Assembly (NCBI GenBank): GCA_014874185.1
Contig: JACWAF010000005.1
Location: 18,655 to 82,654 of the forward strand
Reading direction: 5' to 3'
Source: Nitrospirota bacterium
Lineage (GTDB): Bacteria > Nitrospirota > Thermodesulfovibrionia > Thermodesulfovibrionales > JdFR-88
DNA: 64,000 bases
This document shows, one piece after another, positions 16,672 through 27,694 of the stretch (the stretch's first letter is position 1; every line of letters starts with the position of its first letter). A program made the translations under genes and the position numbers. The notes beneath the pieces were generated by a model. That model made no database searches. It was not told where the DNA came from and worked only from the letters and a program-made list of their open reading frames with translations.

Positions 16672-19302
16672 TTAGAAGACAAGCCCTGCCGGGACGGGCT
16701 TCTGGAAATAAAAGCCCTGCACCTCGTCGCAGCCCAGCGACCTGAGCAAATCCAGCTGGTTCCTCGTCTCCACCCCTTCGGCAACCACCTTCATGTCAAG
16801 GTCGTGCGCAAGCGCGATCACCGCCTTCGAAATGGCCTCGTTGTCCGGATCGACGGTGATGGCGTGCACGAAGGACTTGTCCAGCTTCAACCTGTCTATC
16901 GGAAGGCGTTTCAGATAGCTGAGCGAGGCATACCCCGTACCGAAATCGTCCAGTGAGAGGTGAATCCCCATCCGCTGGAACTCATGCAGGGCCCCGATAA
17001 CGGTCTCGGCGTCCTGCATCAGGGTGCTCTCAGTGAGTTCCAGTTCCAGGCAGCCCGGCTCGAGGCCGGACTCTTCGACTATCTTTTTTATGGTCTGCAC
17101 GATCTCCCGCTGCTTGAACTGCCTCATCGAGAGATTGACGGCTATCCTGACCGGCTGGCATCCAGCTTTCCGCCACTGGGCCCCCTGCCTGCACGCCGTC
17201 TTCAGCACCCATTCGCCTATCGGCACAATCAGCCCGGTCTCCTCGGCAAGCGGGATGAAATCCATCGGGCTCACAAGGCCCAGTTCCGGGTGCATCCAGC
17301 GCAGGAGGGCCTCCATGCCCGCCATCTCCCCCGACGCGAGGTCTATCTGCGGCTGATAATAAAGGACGAACTCGTCCTTTTCTATCGCCTTCCTCAGATT
17401 GCCTTCCAGCCTTATCCTCTCTGAGGAGGCGGCGTTCATGTGTGACGCATAGAACTGAAAGGAGTTCTTTCCCTGCTCTTTGACGTGATACATGGCCGAG
17501 TGCGCGTTCCTGATCAGAGCCTCCGAATCATTCCCGTCAGAGGGGTAGAGGCTTATCCCTATGCTTCCGGTCAGGTAGAACTCGTGCCCCTCCAGCAGGC
17601 AGGCGCGGGTGAGGGCGTCCAGTATCTTCCGGGCTGTTTTCGCCGCATTCTGCGGGCCCTCTATATTCGAGAGCACTATTATGAATTCGTCGCCCCCCTG
17701 GCGGCTTATCGAATCCTCCTCGCGAAGACAGCCGAGGATGCGCTGGGAGATGCGCTTCAGGAGCATATCGCCTTTTTCATGCCCCAGTGTTTCATTGACG
17801 GACTTGAACCTGTCCAGGTCCAGGAACAGGACGGCGGCCTGTTCCCTGTGCCTCCGCGCGTGGGCCAGCGTCTGATTGAAACGCTCATTGAAAAGATGCC
17901 TGTTCGGGAGCCCGGTAAGCGAGTCGTAATAGGAAAGAAGCCATACCTGCTTTTCCGTGCTCATTCTCTCATAGGCCTCCGCAAGCACGTTTGCCGCCGA
18001 TTTGAGAAAACAGAGGTCGTCCTCGTTGAAGGCCCGCCTCTTTGCCGTGTGCGCCCCCAATACCCCGAAGCGTTTCGAGTCTTTTCCCTCCACGGGCACG
18101 CAGATGGAGCTTGCAAGGCCGCATGCCGGATGGCCTGCGGGGAACGCGAACCTGTTCTGCGCGCTTATGTCTTCGATTGCGACCGCCTCTCCCGTCAGGA
18201 GGGCATATCCATGCGGGGCCGTTTCATCCGCGTTTATTCTGAAGCTGCCGGGGGCCTCTATCGGCCAGCCCACGCCGGCCTTCACCAGGAGTTCCTCGCC
18301 CCCCGGCTGAAGTTCAAGCACTTCGGAGCAGTCAACACCCAGGGTAAGACCGACAAGTATGGCGGTCTCGGCCAACAGCTCATCCATCCCGGAGCCCGAG
18401 AGCGCCCTCTGGCCCATCTCGGCTATGGCGGCCTGCTGCCGCTCTCTGGCCCTCAGCTTCGCCTCCGATTCCTTGCGCTCTGTAATGTCCTTGAAGGAGA
18501 CTACCACTCCGGCGATTTCTTTCCCGGCATATATGGGGGTTGCGGTATACACGGCCGGCAAGTGGGAGCCGTCCTTTTTCCGGTAAACTGTCTCGCTTGC
18601 TTCATGGCCTCGGCTGCCGGAGAGGATCCTGCTTACGGGGCATTCGTCTTCGGAGATGAAATTGGGCGGGCCCTGAGGGCCGCAGCTCAGGATCTCATGG
18701 GCGTGCTTCTTCAGCAGCTGGCCCGGCCTGTAGCCCAGCATCGAGGCCCCGGCCGGGTTTATGAAGGCAATCCTGCCCTGGAGGTCCAGTCCGAATATCC
18801 CCTCGGCGGCCGAGTTGAGAATAAGCTCGTTGTACTGCCTCAGCCATTCGTTTTTCTTTGCCGCCTTCCGCTCCTGATGGATCAGGACGTCGACAAAGAT
18901 GCCGAACAGGGTGAAAAGGATGAGGACGGAAAGCCTCACTCCCATGATGTTCCTGTTTGCCGGAACAAAAAACTGCATCAGATTGGCCGGCCTGTGGCCT
19001 GCCTTTTCGATTAGGGATTCAAAAAACCAGTAAAGAATGCCCAGGCCGACCCCGAACCAGCCAAGTTTGTTGCGGAGCTTATCGAAAATGAAATCCTTCA
19101 GTACCCGGCCCTTATTCAGGCCGGGCTCCAGGCTGATCTGTATGGGTTGCGCGCGGGCGGACAAGTCCCGGGCCAATCTCCCGCCTAACCCGGCTGTTTT
19201 AAAAAAAGGCATTCCCGGCACTTCCCCCTGGTCTCTGAAGTGCTCTATTTTAGCATGTCCCCCTTTTGCAAAGCCATTCGTATGTAAATACGTTTCTATC
19301 AT
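16672..19302 (-). CDS. Membrane PAS-GAF-GGDEF-EAL protein
   Basis: Two TM segments, PAS, GAF, GGDEF, EALLRW, DDFGTGY, EGVE. Exact start uncertain. Confidence 0.9.
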   Translation of the reverse strand: MIETYLHTNGFAKGGHAKIEHFRDQGEVPGMPFFKTAGLGGRLARDLSARAQPIQISLEPGLNKGRVLKDFIFDKLRNKLGWFGVGLGILYWFFESLIEKAGHRPANLMQFFVPANRNIMGVRLSVLILFTLFGIFVDVLIHQERKAAKKNEWLRQYNELILNSAAEGIFGLDLQGRIAFINPAGASMLGYRPGQLLKKHAHEILSCGPQGPPNFISEDECPVSRILSGSRGHEASETVYRKKDGSHLPAVYTATPIYAGKEIAGVVVSFKDITERKESEAKLRARERQQAAIAEMGQRALSGSGMDELLAETAILVGLTLGVDCSEVLELQPGGEELLVKAGVGWPIEAPGSFRINADETAPHGYALLTGEAVAIEDISAQNRFAFPAGHPACGLASSICVPVEGKDSKRFGVLGAHTAKRRAFNEDDLCFLKSAANVLAEAYERMSTEKQVWLLSYYDSLTGLPNRHLFNERFNQTLAHARRHREQAAVLFLDLDRFKSVNETLGHEKGDMLLKRISQRILGCLREEDSISRQGGDEFIIVLSNIEGPQNAAKTARKILDALTRACLLEGHEFYLTGSIGISLYPSDGNDSEALIRNAHSAMYHVKEQGKNSFQFYASHMNAASSERIRLEGNLRKAIEKDEFVLYYQPQIDLASGEMAGMEALLRWMHPELGLVSPMDFIPLAEETGLIVPIGEWVLKTACRQGAQWRKAGCQPVRIAVNLSMRQFKQREIVQTIKKIVEESGLEPGCLELELTESTLMQDAETVIGALHEFQRMGIHLSLDDFGTGYASLSYLKRLPIDRLKLDKSFVHAITVDPDNEAISKAVIALAHDLDMKVVAEGVETRNQLDLLRSLGCDEVQGFYFQKPVPAGLVF

Positions 19303-19312
19303 GGTTTGCTGA

Positions 19313-20368
<1,056 letters not shown>

Positions 20369-20373
20369 AATAG

Positions 20374-20410
20374 TTCCCCCTCCCTTGATGGGAGGGGGAG
20401 GGGGGAGGTG
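20374..20410. repeat. C-rich/G-rich hairpin repeat between convergent galE and glmS
   Basis: CCCCCTCCCTTGATGGGAGGGGG plus AGGGGGGAGGTG. Confidence 0.55.
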
Positions 20411-20442
20411 AATCGGCGGTATTCGAAGCCGCCGCCGAGTCC

Positions 20443-22278
20443 CTACTCGACCGTCACGCTCTTTGCCAGGTTCCTGGGCTTGTCCACGTCGCATTTCTTC
20501 ATAACGGCTATGTGGTAGGCCAGAAGCTGCAAAGGCACCACGTTCACAAAGGGCGAGAGCGAGGGGTGCGTCGAGGGGACCTTTATAAAATCGCCCACCT
20601 TGCCCTCAAGCCCCCGCACCTTGTCGTCCACCACCGCGATTATCTTTCCGCCCCTGGCCTTCACCTCCTCGATATTGGAAAAGGTCTTTTCGAAGAGGGC
20701 GTCCATAGGGGCCAGAAATACTACCGGCAGGCCTTCTTCTATAAGGGCGATCGGCCCGTGCTTCATCTCCCCCGCCGGGTAGCCCTCGGCATGTATGTAG
20801 GATATCTCCTTCAGTTTCAGCGCGCCCTCCAGAGCGATGGGATAGTTTATCCCTCTTCCAAGGTAAAGGAAGTCCTTCCAGCCCAGCAGTTTTTTGGCGA
20901 TCTCCCGGATGTCGCCCTCCAGCAGAAGGGTTTTCTCAACAAGCGAGGGCATTTTTTCGAGCTGTTTCCTTATGGTCTCGGCCTCCGCGCGGGTGAGCCT
21001 CCCCCGCTTGGTCCCCAGTACAAGGGCCAGCATGGAAAGGGCGGCTATCTGCGCCGTAAAGGTCTTGGTGGAGGCCACGCCTATTTCGGGGCCCGCACGT
21101 GTGTAAAGCACGTGGTCGGCTTCTCTCGATGCGGTGCTGCCCGCGGCGTTGCAGATGGTGAGGGCCATGGCCCCCTTCCTTTTCGCCTCCCGCTGGGCGG
21201 CCAGCGTATCGGCCGTCTCACCGGACTGGGTTATGGAAATGAAGAGGGTGCTCTTCTCGATCATATTTTCCTTGTACCTGTATTCCGAGGCGATATCCAC
21301 GTCCACGGGGACATGGGCAAGCCCCTCTATCATGTACTTGCCCACAAGGGCCGCGTGGTAGGAGGTGCCGCAGGCGACTATCTGGAGCCTCCCGATGGAG
21401 AGCGCGTTTTTGTGTTCAAGCCCAAGCGCCTCCAGAAACCTGCCGGGTTCGTTAAGCCATTCCCCAAGGGTGTCCCGTATGGCCATGGGCTGTTCGTGTA
21501 TCTCCTTGAGCATGAAATGGTCGTAGCCTTCCTTTTCGGCCATGGAAGCCGTCCAGTCCACCTCGACCACATCGTCTTCCACGCGCATTTCTTTCGGGGT
21601 CCCGTCCAGGGATTCTATCCGTATCCCTTCCCGGCTCATTGCGCATACGTGCCCGTCCTCAAGGAAGATGAACTTCCTCGTATGGGCCAGTATGGCGGGT
21701 ATGTCCGAAGCGAAAAAATATTCCCCTTCCCCTATGCCCAGCACCAGCGGGCTTCCGTTTCTTGCGGCCAGAAGGACGCCTGGCTCCCGCTCACTGAGGA
21801 TGCCAAGCGCAAAAGTGCCCTTCAGTTCCCGGATGGCTGCTTTTACCGCGCTTTCCAAATCCATCCCCCTGCTGAAATAATTCGATATGAGCTGGGGGAT
21901 TATCTCGGTATCGGTCTCGGAGGCGAACCGGTGCCCCTCTGAGACCAGGCGGGACTTTAATTCCATGTAATTCTCTATTATCCCGTTATGGACCACCACG
22001 ATCCCGTCCGCCGAATGGGGGTGGGCATTTCTCTGGGAGGGGGCCCCGTGGGTGGCCCACCTTGTATGCCCAATGCCAAGGTTCGCCCTGGCGTGTTTGC
22101 AGGGAAGGATGGCCTCCAGGTCGCTTATGCGCCCCATGGTCTTGTATATCTCCAGCCCGTTTCCATTCAGATATGCGATACCGGCCGAGTCATACCCCCT
22201 GTATTCGAGCCTTTTCAGCCCGTCCATTATTACCGGCAGGGCATCCCTGGAGCCGATGTATCCCACTATGCCGCACAT
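20443..22278 (-). CDS. glmS: Glutamine-fructose-6-phosphate aminotransferase
   Basis: True start MCGIVG (catalytic Cys1) with SD GGAGGT, GHTRWATHG, SQSGETADT, PRNLAKSVTVE. Confidence 0.96.
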   Translation of the reverse strand: MCGIVGYIGSRDALPVIMDGLKRLEYRGYDSAGIAYLNGNGLEIYKTMGRISDLEAILPCKHARANLGIGHTRWATHGAPSQRNAHPHSADGIVVVHNGIIENYMELKSRLVSEGHRFASETDTEIIPQLISNYFSRGMDLESAVKAAIRELKGTFALGILSEREPGVLLAARNGSPLVLGIGEGEYFFASDIPAILAHTRKFIFLEDGHVCAMSREGIRIESLDGTPKEMRVEDDVVEVDWTASMAEKEGYDHFMLKEIHEQPMAIRDTLGEWLNEPGRFLEALGLEHKNALSIGRLQIVACGTSYHAALVGKYMIEGLAHVPVDVDIASEYRYKENMIEKSTLFISITQSGETADTLAAQREAKRKGAMALTICNAAGSTASREADHVLYTRAGPEIGVASTKTFTAQIAALSMLALVLGTKRGRLTRAEAETIRKQLEKMPSLVEKTLLLEGDIREIAKKLLGWKDFLYLGRGINYPIALEGALKLKEISYIHAEGYPAGEMKHGPIALIEEGLPVVFLAPMDALFEKTFSNIEEVKARGGKIIAVVDDKVRGLEGKVGDFIKVPSTHPSLSPFVNVVPLQLLAYHIAVMKKCDVDKPRNLAKSVTVE

Positions 22279-22329
22279 GAATACCTCCGTTGCGTCCATG
22301 CATTTATGAAAGGCGTACGGAAATAACGC

Positions 22330-22346
22330 TGCAAGAAGCGTTCCAG
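22330..22346 (-). promoter_or_regulatory. sigma54 promoter of glmS
   Basis: Minus strand CTGGAACGCTTCTTGCA, GG-N10-GC, about 50 nt upstream of the ATG. Confidence 0.7.
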
Positions 22347-22566
22347 GGCCCCCCGCGAATGGCGGAAGGGCAAGATGGAAGAAGGGAAAAGCAATTTCAC
22401 GGGGCAGGGAGACGCAATCAACCAGATAAACCTTGACTTTTCCGGCAATTCCTCTAAAAAGGAATATAAGGGCATGTAGAAGGATCAGCCCGTCTGCGTA
22501 TTGCTGAAAATCCCTGAGCGGGGTTTTCCCCTTGTCTTGTAATTTTCCCGGAACGGAACCCAACAT

Positions 22567-23607
22567 ATGATTGAAAACTATAGTTTTCAGACGGATAACG
22601 CCTTAAGGATCGAACGGGCTGACGAAAGCCTGTCCGAGCTGACGGGCCTGCCGCTGTCTGAGCTGATAGGAAGGCCTTATTACGACGTATTTCCAAGGCT
22701 TTATAACGGCGAAACGGACGCGGTGCTGGCCTCCCTCGCGAAGCAAAAGAACTCGCTTATAAGAAATTACTGCCTGAGGTTCGCGACCAGGCAGATGATA
22801 GCCGACGTAAAAATCCGTCCCTCGGAAGGGGAGCAGCCGGGGCACGGCGCAAAAATCATCATCTGTCCCAGGAGCACCTGCCAGCTTGCAAACAAGCTGC
22901 ATAATTCCCAGCGCCTGATAGACATAGGGAAGATAGCTTCCATCCTGGCCCACGGGGTAAGAAACCCGCTGAATGCCATAAAAGGGGCCGTCGTCTACCT
23001 TGGTGAGAAGTACGCCGGGGAGCCCACCCTGACCGAGTTCACCAGGATAATGCACGAGGAGATCTCACGCCTGGACAGTTTCATATCAAGGTTCCTGAGC
23101 ACGTCCATACCGGACATGGGTACGGAAAGCGACATAAATTCCGTCCTCAGGAAGATAGAGGTCTTCACCTTCCTTCAGGCCCAGGCGGGTGAAATAAGGC
23201 CGGAATATTCCTATCGGGATGTCCCCCCGGCCGCGATAAATTCCTTTCAGCTGGAACAGGCCGTATTGAATATTATCAATAACGCGATAGAGGCGATGGC
23301 CCCCGGTGGAAAGCTTGCCATCAGGACTTTTGCCGAGCCCCGTCCGGAAGGGGAGTTCGTCGTCATAGAGGTCTCGGACACCGGCCCCGGAATCCAGGAG
23401 AACAGGATAAAGGACCTTTCAAAGCCGGTGGGCAAGAAGGGACGGGGCTTCGGTCTTTTCATAACCAGGGAGATACTGAAGTGCCATGGCGGGCTCCTCG
23501 AGATAAAAAGCGTAAAGGACGCGGGGACCACTGTCCGGCTTCTGCTGCCGGTCAAAAAGCAATCTCCCGAAGACATTGTATCCCTAAGCGGCAAAATATC
23601 GGAATAG
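22567..23607 (+). CDS. Cytoplasmic PAS histidine kinase
   Basis: PAS-like N-terminus, H-box AHGVRNPL, N-box NIINNAIEA, DTGPG, GFGL. No TM segment. Confidence 0.88.
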   Translation: MIENYSFQTDNALRIERADESLSELTGLPLSELIGRPYYDVFPRLYNGETDAVLASLAKQKNSLIRNYCLRFATRQMIADVKIRPSEGEQPGHGAKIIICPRSTCQLANKLHNSQRLIDIGKIASILAHGVRNPLNAIKGAVVYLGEKYAGEPTLTEFTRIMHEEISRLDSFISRFLSTSIPDMGTESDINSVLRKIEVFTFLQAQAGEIRPEYSYRDVPPAAINSFQLEQAVLNIINNAIEAMAPGGKLAIRTFAEPRPEGEFVVIEVSDTGPGIQENRIKDLSKPVGKKGRGFGLFITREILKCHGGLLEIKSVKDAGTTVRLLLPVKKQSPEDIVSLSGKISE

Positions 23608-23611
23608 CCGC

Positions 23612-23648
23612 TGTGTCCCTTAGATACAGCCTGTTTCCATTATCTACA
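23612..23648. promoter_or_regulatory. Tandem TGT-N11-ACA enhancer (bEBP upstream activating sites)
   Basis: TGTGTCCCTTAGATACA (23612-23628) and TGTTTCCATTATCTACA (23632-23648), about 190 bp upstream of a sigma54 promoter. Confidence 0.65.
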
Positions 23649-23765
23649 AACCCTTCCTGAAAAATCCCGCCCGGAACCATCTCACTTCCAGCCATGGCCC
23701 GCGTTAGCCGGGGGTTTCGGCGGGATTTACAGGCGGCCATTAATAAAAGAACACCCGTCATCATT

Positions 23766-23784
23766 GTCATTCCGGCTTGTCCGG
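23766..23784. repeat. REP-like unit GTCATTCCGGCTTGTCCGG
   Basis: Reverse complement of the copy at 60933-60955. Confidence 0.6.
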
Positions 23785-23837
23785 GAGCTTTCTTGAAAAC
23801 CCCTGCAACGGGAGATTATGAGCGCGCCCCTCCCACA

Positions 23838-23854
23838 TTGGCATGCTGCTTGCT
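23838..23854 (+). promoter_or_regulatory. sigma54 promoter of the first polysaccharide operon
   Basis: TTGGCATGCTGCTTGCT, near-consensus, followed by SD AGGAGG and TTG 23880. Confidence 0.8.
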
Positions 23855-23879
23855 TTCTTTTCTGGAAAGGAGGACCGGA

Positions 23880-24374
23880 TTGAACTGGTACGCCATATAC
23901 GTTAAATCCAGACACGAGTCCATCGCCGAGGCCGATCTGTGCAGAAGGGGGGTGGCAACTTTTCTGCCGCTCATAAACAGGCTCAGGCAATGGAAGGACA
24001 GGAGAAAGATGGTCCAGTTCCCCCTCTTCCCCGGATATCTCTTTGTGAATATAAACCCTGCCGCCCAGGAGATCGTGAACGTGCTCCGGGCCAGGGGGGT
24101 GGTAAACATGCTCTCAAGCCAGGCTGGTGTCCCGGACAGGGTCCCCGACGAGGAGATAAGCTCGTTGAGGATACTGCTTGAACAGGGCGAGGGGATAGAC
24201 GTGTATCCCGCACTCAGGCAGGGGGCCCAGGTGGTCGTAAAAAGCGGGCCCCTGCGCGGCGCAAGGGGGATGGTCATGAAAAAGGAATCGCACTGCATGC
24301 TGCTGGTCAATATAGAGATACTTGGCAGGAGCGTAGGCGTGAAGATATACGCCGAGGACCTCGAAGCGGCCTGA
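23880..24374 (+). CDS. UpxY/RfaH-type NusG-paralog antiterminator
   Basis: NWYAIYVKSRHE, WKDRRK.V..PLFPGYLFV, KOW motif V.VKSGPLRG. Start TTG 23880 after SD. Confidence 0.88.
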   Translation: MNWYAIYVKSRHESIAEADLCRRGVATFLPLINRLRQWKDRRKMVQFPLFPGYLFVNINPAAQEIVNVLRARGVVNMLSSQAGVPDRVPDEEISSLRILLEQGEGIDVYPALRQGAQVVVKSGPLRGARGMVMKKESHCMLLVNIEILGRSVGVKIYAEDLEAA

Positions 24375-24421
24375 GCCGTTAGCGGAGCCAATCGCCGCAT
24401 TCCGGTTTTTCAAAATTCCCA

Positions 24422-24447
24422 TGTAGCCAAGGAGGCGGAGCATTGCC
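24422..24447 (+). promoter_or_regulatory. JUMPstart/ops-like element, copy 1
   Basis: TGTAGCCAAGGAGGCGGAGCATTGCC, 24/26 identical to 31616-31641. Confidence 0.6.
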
Positions 24448-25756
24448 AAGAAACGGTCCCCTGATAAAGAAAATAGAGTCCAGGTCGGCAAATATCGGCG
24501 TCATAGGCCTGGGTTATGTCGGACTGCCCATAGTGATCGCGTTCTGCAGGGCCGGCTTCCAGGTGACGGGTTTCGATATAGACCCGGTGAAGGTGGACCT
24601 GCTGCGGAACGGGAAAAGCTACATAAAACATATTACCCCGGAACGGATAAGGGAGACGGGCGGGCTTTTTACGCCAACAAACGATTTCTCGGCGCTCTCC
24701 GGGATGGACGCGATGGTGATATGCGTCCCAACGCCCCTGAACGAGCACCGGGAGCCCGACCTCTCGTTCGTCTTCAACACCACCCGGGAGATAAGCAGGT
24801 ACATGCGGAAGGGCCAGCTCATAGTGCTCGAATCCACTACATACCCCGGCACCACGGACGGCGAGATGCGGGAGTTGCTGGGCAGTTCGGGGCTCAGGGC
24901 CGGGACGGACTATCACCTGGCCTTCTCCCCGGAGCGTGAAGACCCCAACAACGGCAAATTCTCTACAAGGACGATACCAAAGATAGTGGGCGGCTACACG
25001 CCGGCCTGCAGGGACGCGGCCTGCGCCCTGTATTCGACGATAGTGGAAAAGGTCGTGCCGGTGTCCTCAACCAGGGTTGCCGAGGCGGCCAAGCTGCTGG
25101 AGAACATTTACAGGGCCGTGAACATAGCCATGGTGAACGAGATGAAGGTCCTCTTCGACAGGATGGAGATAGACATCTGGGAAGTGATAGAGGCCGCCAA
25201 GACAAAGCCCTTCGGGTTCCATGCCTTTTATCCCGGCCCCGGCCTGGGGGGGCATTGCATACCGGTGGACCCGTTCTACCTTACATGGAAGGCAAGGAAA
25301 TACGACGTGACAACCAAGTTCATCGAACTGGCCGGTGAGATAAACACCAACATGCCTTATTACGTGGTGCAAAAGACCATAGAGGCCCTGAACGAAAGCG
25401 GCAAGAGCATACGCGGCTCCAGGGTGCTCGTGCTGGGGCTGGCCTACAAAAAGGACGTGGACGACATGCGTGAGTCGCCCTCGCTGAAGCTCCTGGAGAT
25501 ACTGAAGGCGCGCAATTGCCAGGTGGACTACAACGACCCGTTCATCCCCGCCGTGCCGAACCTGAGGAGATACAGCATCAATAAGCGCTCCGTCGCCCTC
25601 ACGGCGGAAAACCTTGGCAGGTACGACTGCGTGATAATCGCAACCGACCACTCCGCCTATGATCCCGATTTCATCATGGAGAATGCGCGGCTCATCGTGG
25701 ACACTAGGAACCTCCTGAAAAAATTCAGCAGGTCCGGAAAGGTAGTCAGGGCATGA
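24443..25756 (+). CDS. UDP-N-acetylhexosamine 6-dehydrogenase (WbpA/WecC family)
   Basis: GLGYVG, CVPTP, ESTTYPGTT, FSPER, GPGLGGHCIPVDP, D.RESP. Confidence 0.9.
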   Translation: MPRNGPLIKKIESRSANIGVIGLGYVGLPIVIAFCRAGFQVTGFDIDPVKVDLLRNGKSYIKHITPERIRETGGLFTPTNDFSALSGMDAMVICVPTPLNEHREPDLSFVFNTTREISRYMRKGQLIVLESTTYPGTTDGEMRELLGSSGLRAGTDYHLAFSPEREDPNNGKFSTRTIPKIVGGYTPACRDAACALYSTIVEKVVPVSSTRVAEAAKLLENIYRAVNIAMVNEMKVLFDRMEIDIWEVIEAAKTKPFGFHAFYPGPGLGGHCIPVDPFYLTWKARKYDVTTKFIELAGEINTNMPYYVVQKTIEALNESGKSIRGSRVLVLGLAYKKDVDDMRESPSLKLLEILKARNCQVDYNDPFIPAVPNLRRYSINKRSVALTAENLGRYDCVIIATDHSAYDPDFIMENARLIVDTRNLLKKFSRSGKVVRA

Positions 25757-25926
25757 TGAAGACATACAGGCGCGCAAAGGATCGCTTTAACAGGGACTAC
25801 CATTTGTCGTCCGGGCTTGCCAAACGGCGGCTGAAAGAGATAACCGGGCTGAATCCGCACTACATAGCCGCTTTCATAACGGGGCTCCTGTTTGCGGTCC
25901 TGCTCATTAAGTTAGTGGCGCAATAA
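25753..25926 (+). CDS. Small 57-aa membrane protein (not in ORF track)
   Basis: MMKTYRRAKDRFNRDYHLSSGLAKRRLKEITGLNPHYIAAFITGLLFAVLLIKLVAQ*. ATGA overlap upstream and TAATG overlap downstream. Confidence 0.65.
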   Translation: MMKTYRRAKDRFNRDYHLSSGLAKRRLKEITGLNPHYIAAFITGLLFAVLLIKLVAQ

Positions 25927-27107
25927 TGAACAGCGGGCGTCTTAAGGGCGTGTCCCTGTATATACCATTTCACAAGCCCTATATAACGGAAGAGGAGATC
26001 TGCGGGGTTGTGGACTCGCTGCGCTCGGGCTGGCTCACGATGGGTCCGAAGACCCTCCGTTTCGAAGAGGCCTTTGCCAGGTACACGGGGGCGGCCCACG
26101 CCGTTTCGGTCAATTCCTGCACCGCCGCGCTCCACATGGCCCTGAAGGCGATCGGGCTCGCGGAGGGGGACGAGGCGATAGTCCCGGCGGTCACCTTCAC
26201 GGCCACCGCGGAGGTACTCTCCTATTTCAAGGCCGTCCCGGTCTTTGCCGAAGTGGAGGCCAGGACCCATAACATGAACGCGCTAAACCTGGAACGCCAC
26301 ATCACCCCCAGGACCAGGGCGATACTTCCGGTGCACTTTGCCGGCCAGCCCTGCGACATGGACGAGATAAGAGAACTGGCCCGCAGATACAGGCTCTTTG
26401 TCATAGAGGACGCGGCCCATTCGCTGCCCGCCGTTTACCGCGAGAACAGGATCGGCGGCACCGGCGACATGACCTGTTTCAGCTTTTACGCCACGAAGAC
26501 ACTCGCGGCCGGCGAGGGCGGGATGGTCACGACCGGCAATCCGGAGTGGGCCGGCAGGATGCGGACGCTGCGCCTGCACGGGATCTCGAATGACGCATGG
26601 AAGAGATATTCCAGGGGGGGCTCCTGGTATTACGAAGTAATGGAGCCCGGCTGGAAATACAATATGACGGACATTCAGGCGGCCCTGGGGCTGGCGCAGC
26701 TCGGAAAAGTCGACTGGATGCGCGACATGCGCGCCGAGATCGCGGGGAGGTACACGGACGCGTTCAGGCATGACGAGGAACTCATCGTCCCTTATGTCAA
26801 GCCCGACCGGGAAAGCGCCTGGCACCTTTACGTGCTGAAACTGAACCTTGACATGCTCCGGATCGGAAGGGACCGGTTCATAAGCGAGATGGAAGAGCGG
26901 GGCGTCGGGGCATCGGTCCACTTCATACCCCTTTACAGGCAGCCCTATTACAGGGACGCTTACGGTTGCCAGGCAAAGGATTATCCCGTCTCCGAGTGGA
27001 TATATGAAAGGGTGCTGTCTCTGCCAATATATCCGGGCATGATGCGGGAAGACGTCGATGCCGTAATCGAAGTAATTAAATACCTGATAAAGAAATTCAG
27101 GAGATGA
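25926..27107 (+). CDS. DegT/DnrJ/EryC1/StrS sugar aminotransferase
   Basis: SGWLTMGP, NSCTAALH, IEDAAH, FSFYATK, GEGGM. Confidence 0.92.
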   Translation: MNSGRLKGVSLYIPFHKPYITEEEICGVVDSLRSGWLTMGPKTLRFEEAFARYTGAAHAVSVNSCTAALHMALKAIGLAEGDEAIVPAVTFTATAEVLSYFKAVPVFAEVEARTHNMNALNLERHITPRTRAILPVHFAGQPCDMDEIRELARRYRLFVIEDAAHSLPAVYRENRIGGTGDMTCFSFYATKTLAAGEGGMVTTGNPEWAGRMRTLRLHGISNDAWKRYSRGGSWYYEVMEPGWKYNMTDIQAALGLAQLGKVDWMRDMRAEIAGRYTDAFRHDEELIVPYVKPDRESAWHLYVLKLNLDMLRIGRDRFISEMEERGVGASVHFIPLYRQPYYRDAYGCQAKDYPVSEWIYERVLSLPIYPGMMREDVDAVIEVIKYLIKKFRR

Positions 27108-27694
27108 AGAGACTTTTCGACCTGGCCCTCTCATTCGCAAGCCTGATTGCCCTCTTCCCGTTTTTCGTCCTGATAGCCGCCCTGATCGTGATTGAAAGCG
27201 AAGGCCCGGCCTATTTCAGGCAGGAGAGGGTGGGCCGGAATTTCCGCCCCTTTTATATCTACAAATTCCGCACCATGCACCTCAAGGACAGGAGCGCGGG
27301 GCCGCTAGTCACGGCCCAGGGGGACAAGCGCGTGACCCGGGTGGGCAAATACCTGAGAAGATACAAGATAGACGAACTCCCGCAGCTTCTGAATATCCTT
27401 AAGGGCGACATGAGCTTCGTCGGCCCCCGCCCCGAGGTAATGAAATACGTCGAACTTTTCCAGGATGATTACGCGAAGATACTGGCGGTAAGGCCCGGCC
27501 TTACCGATCCCGCGTCAATAAAGTTCCGCAATGAGGAGGACATCCTTTCGGCCTCCGGCAACTGGGAGAGGGATTACATCGACATTATCCTGCCGGAAAA
27601 GCTGAGGCTCTCGGGCAAATACCTTGAGAACAGGTCGTTCACCGGCGATATCGCGCTGATGATTGATACGGCAAGAGGGTTCCTGCGAAAATGA
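27104..27694 (+). CDS. Initiating phosphoglycosyl transferase (PglC/WcaJ C-terminal type)
   Basis: MKRLFD, KFRTM, DELPQL.N...[16 protein letters not shown]. Confidence 0.9.
   Translation: MKRLFDLALSFASLIALFPFFVLIAALIVIESEGPAYFRQERVGRNFRPFYIYKFRTMHLKDRSAGPLVTAQGDKRVTRVGKYLRRYKIDELPQLLNILKGDMSFVGPRPEVMKYVELFQDDYAKILAVRPGLTDPASIKFRNEEDILSASGNWERDYIDIILPEKLRLSGKYLENRSFTGDIALMIDTARGFLRK

Noticed and set aside
22279-22566. N-terminal extension of glmS in the ORF track, or a glmS ribozyme
   Set aside because: GlmS needs Cys at its N-terminus (MCGIVG at 22278). The region holds an SD and a sigma54 promoter, and no ribozyme core was recognisable.
23694-23879. Extended N-terminus of the UpxY-like ORF
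   Set aside because: It runs through a repeat, the sigma54 promoter and the SD. TTG 23880 fits the family start.
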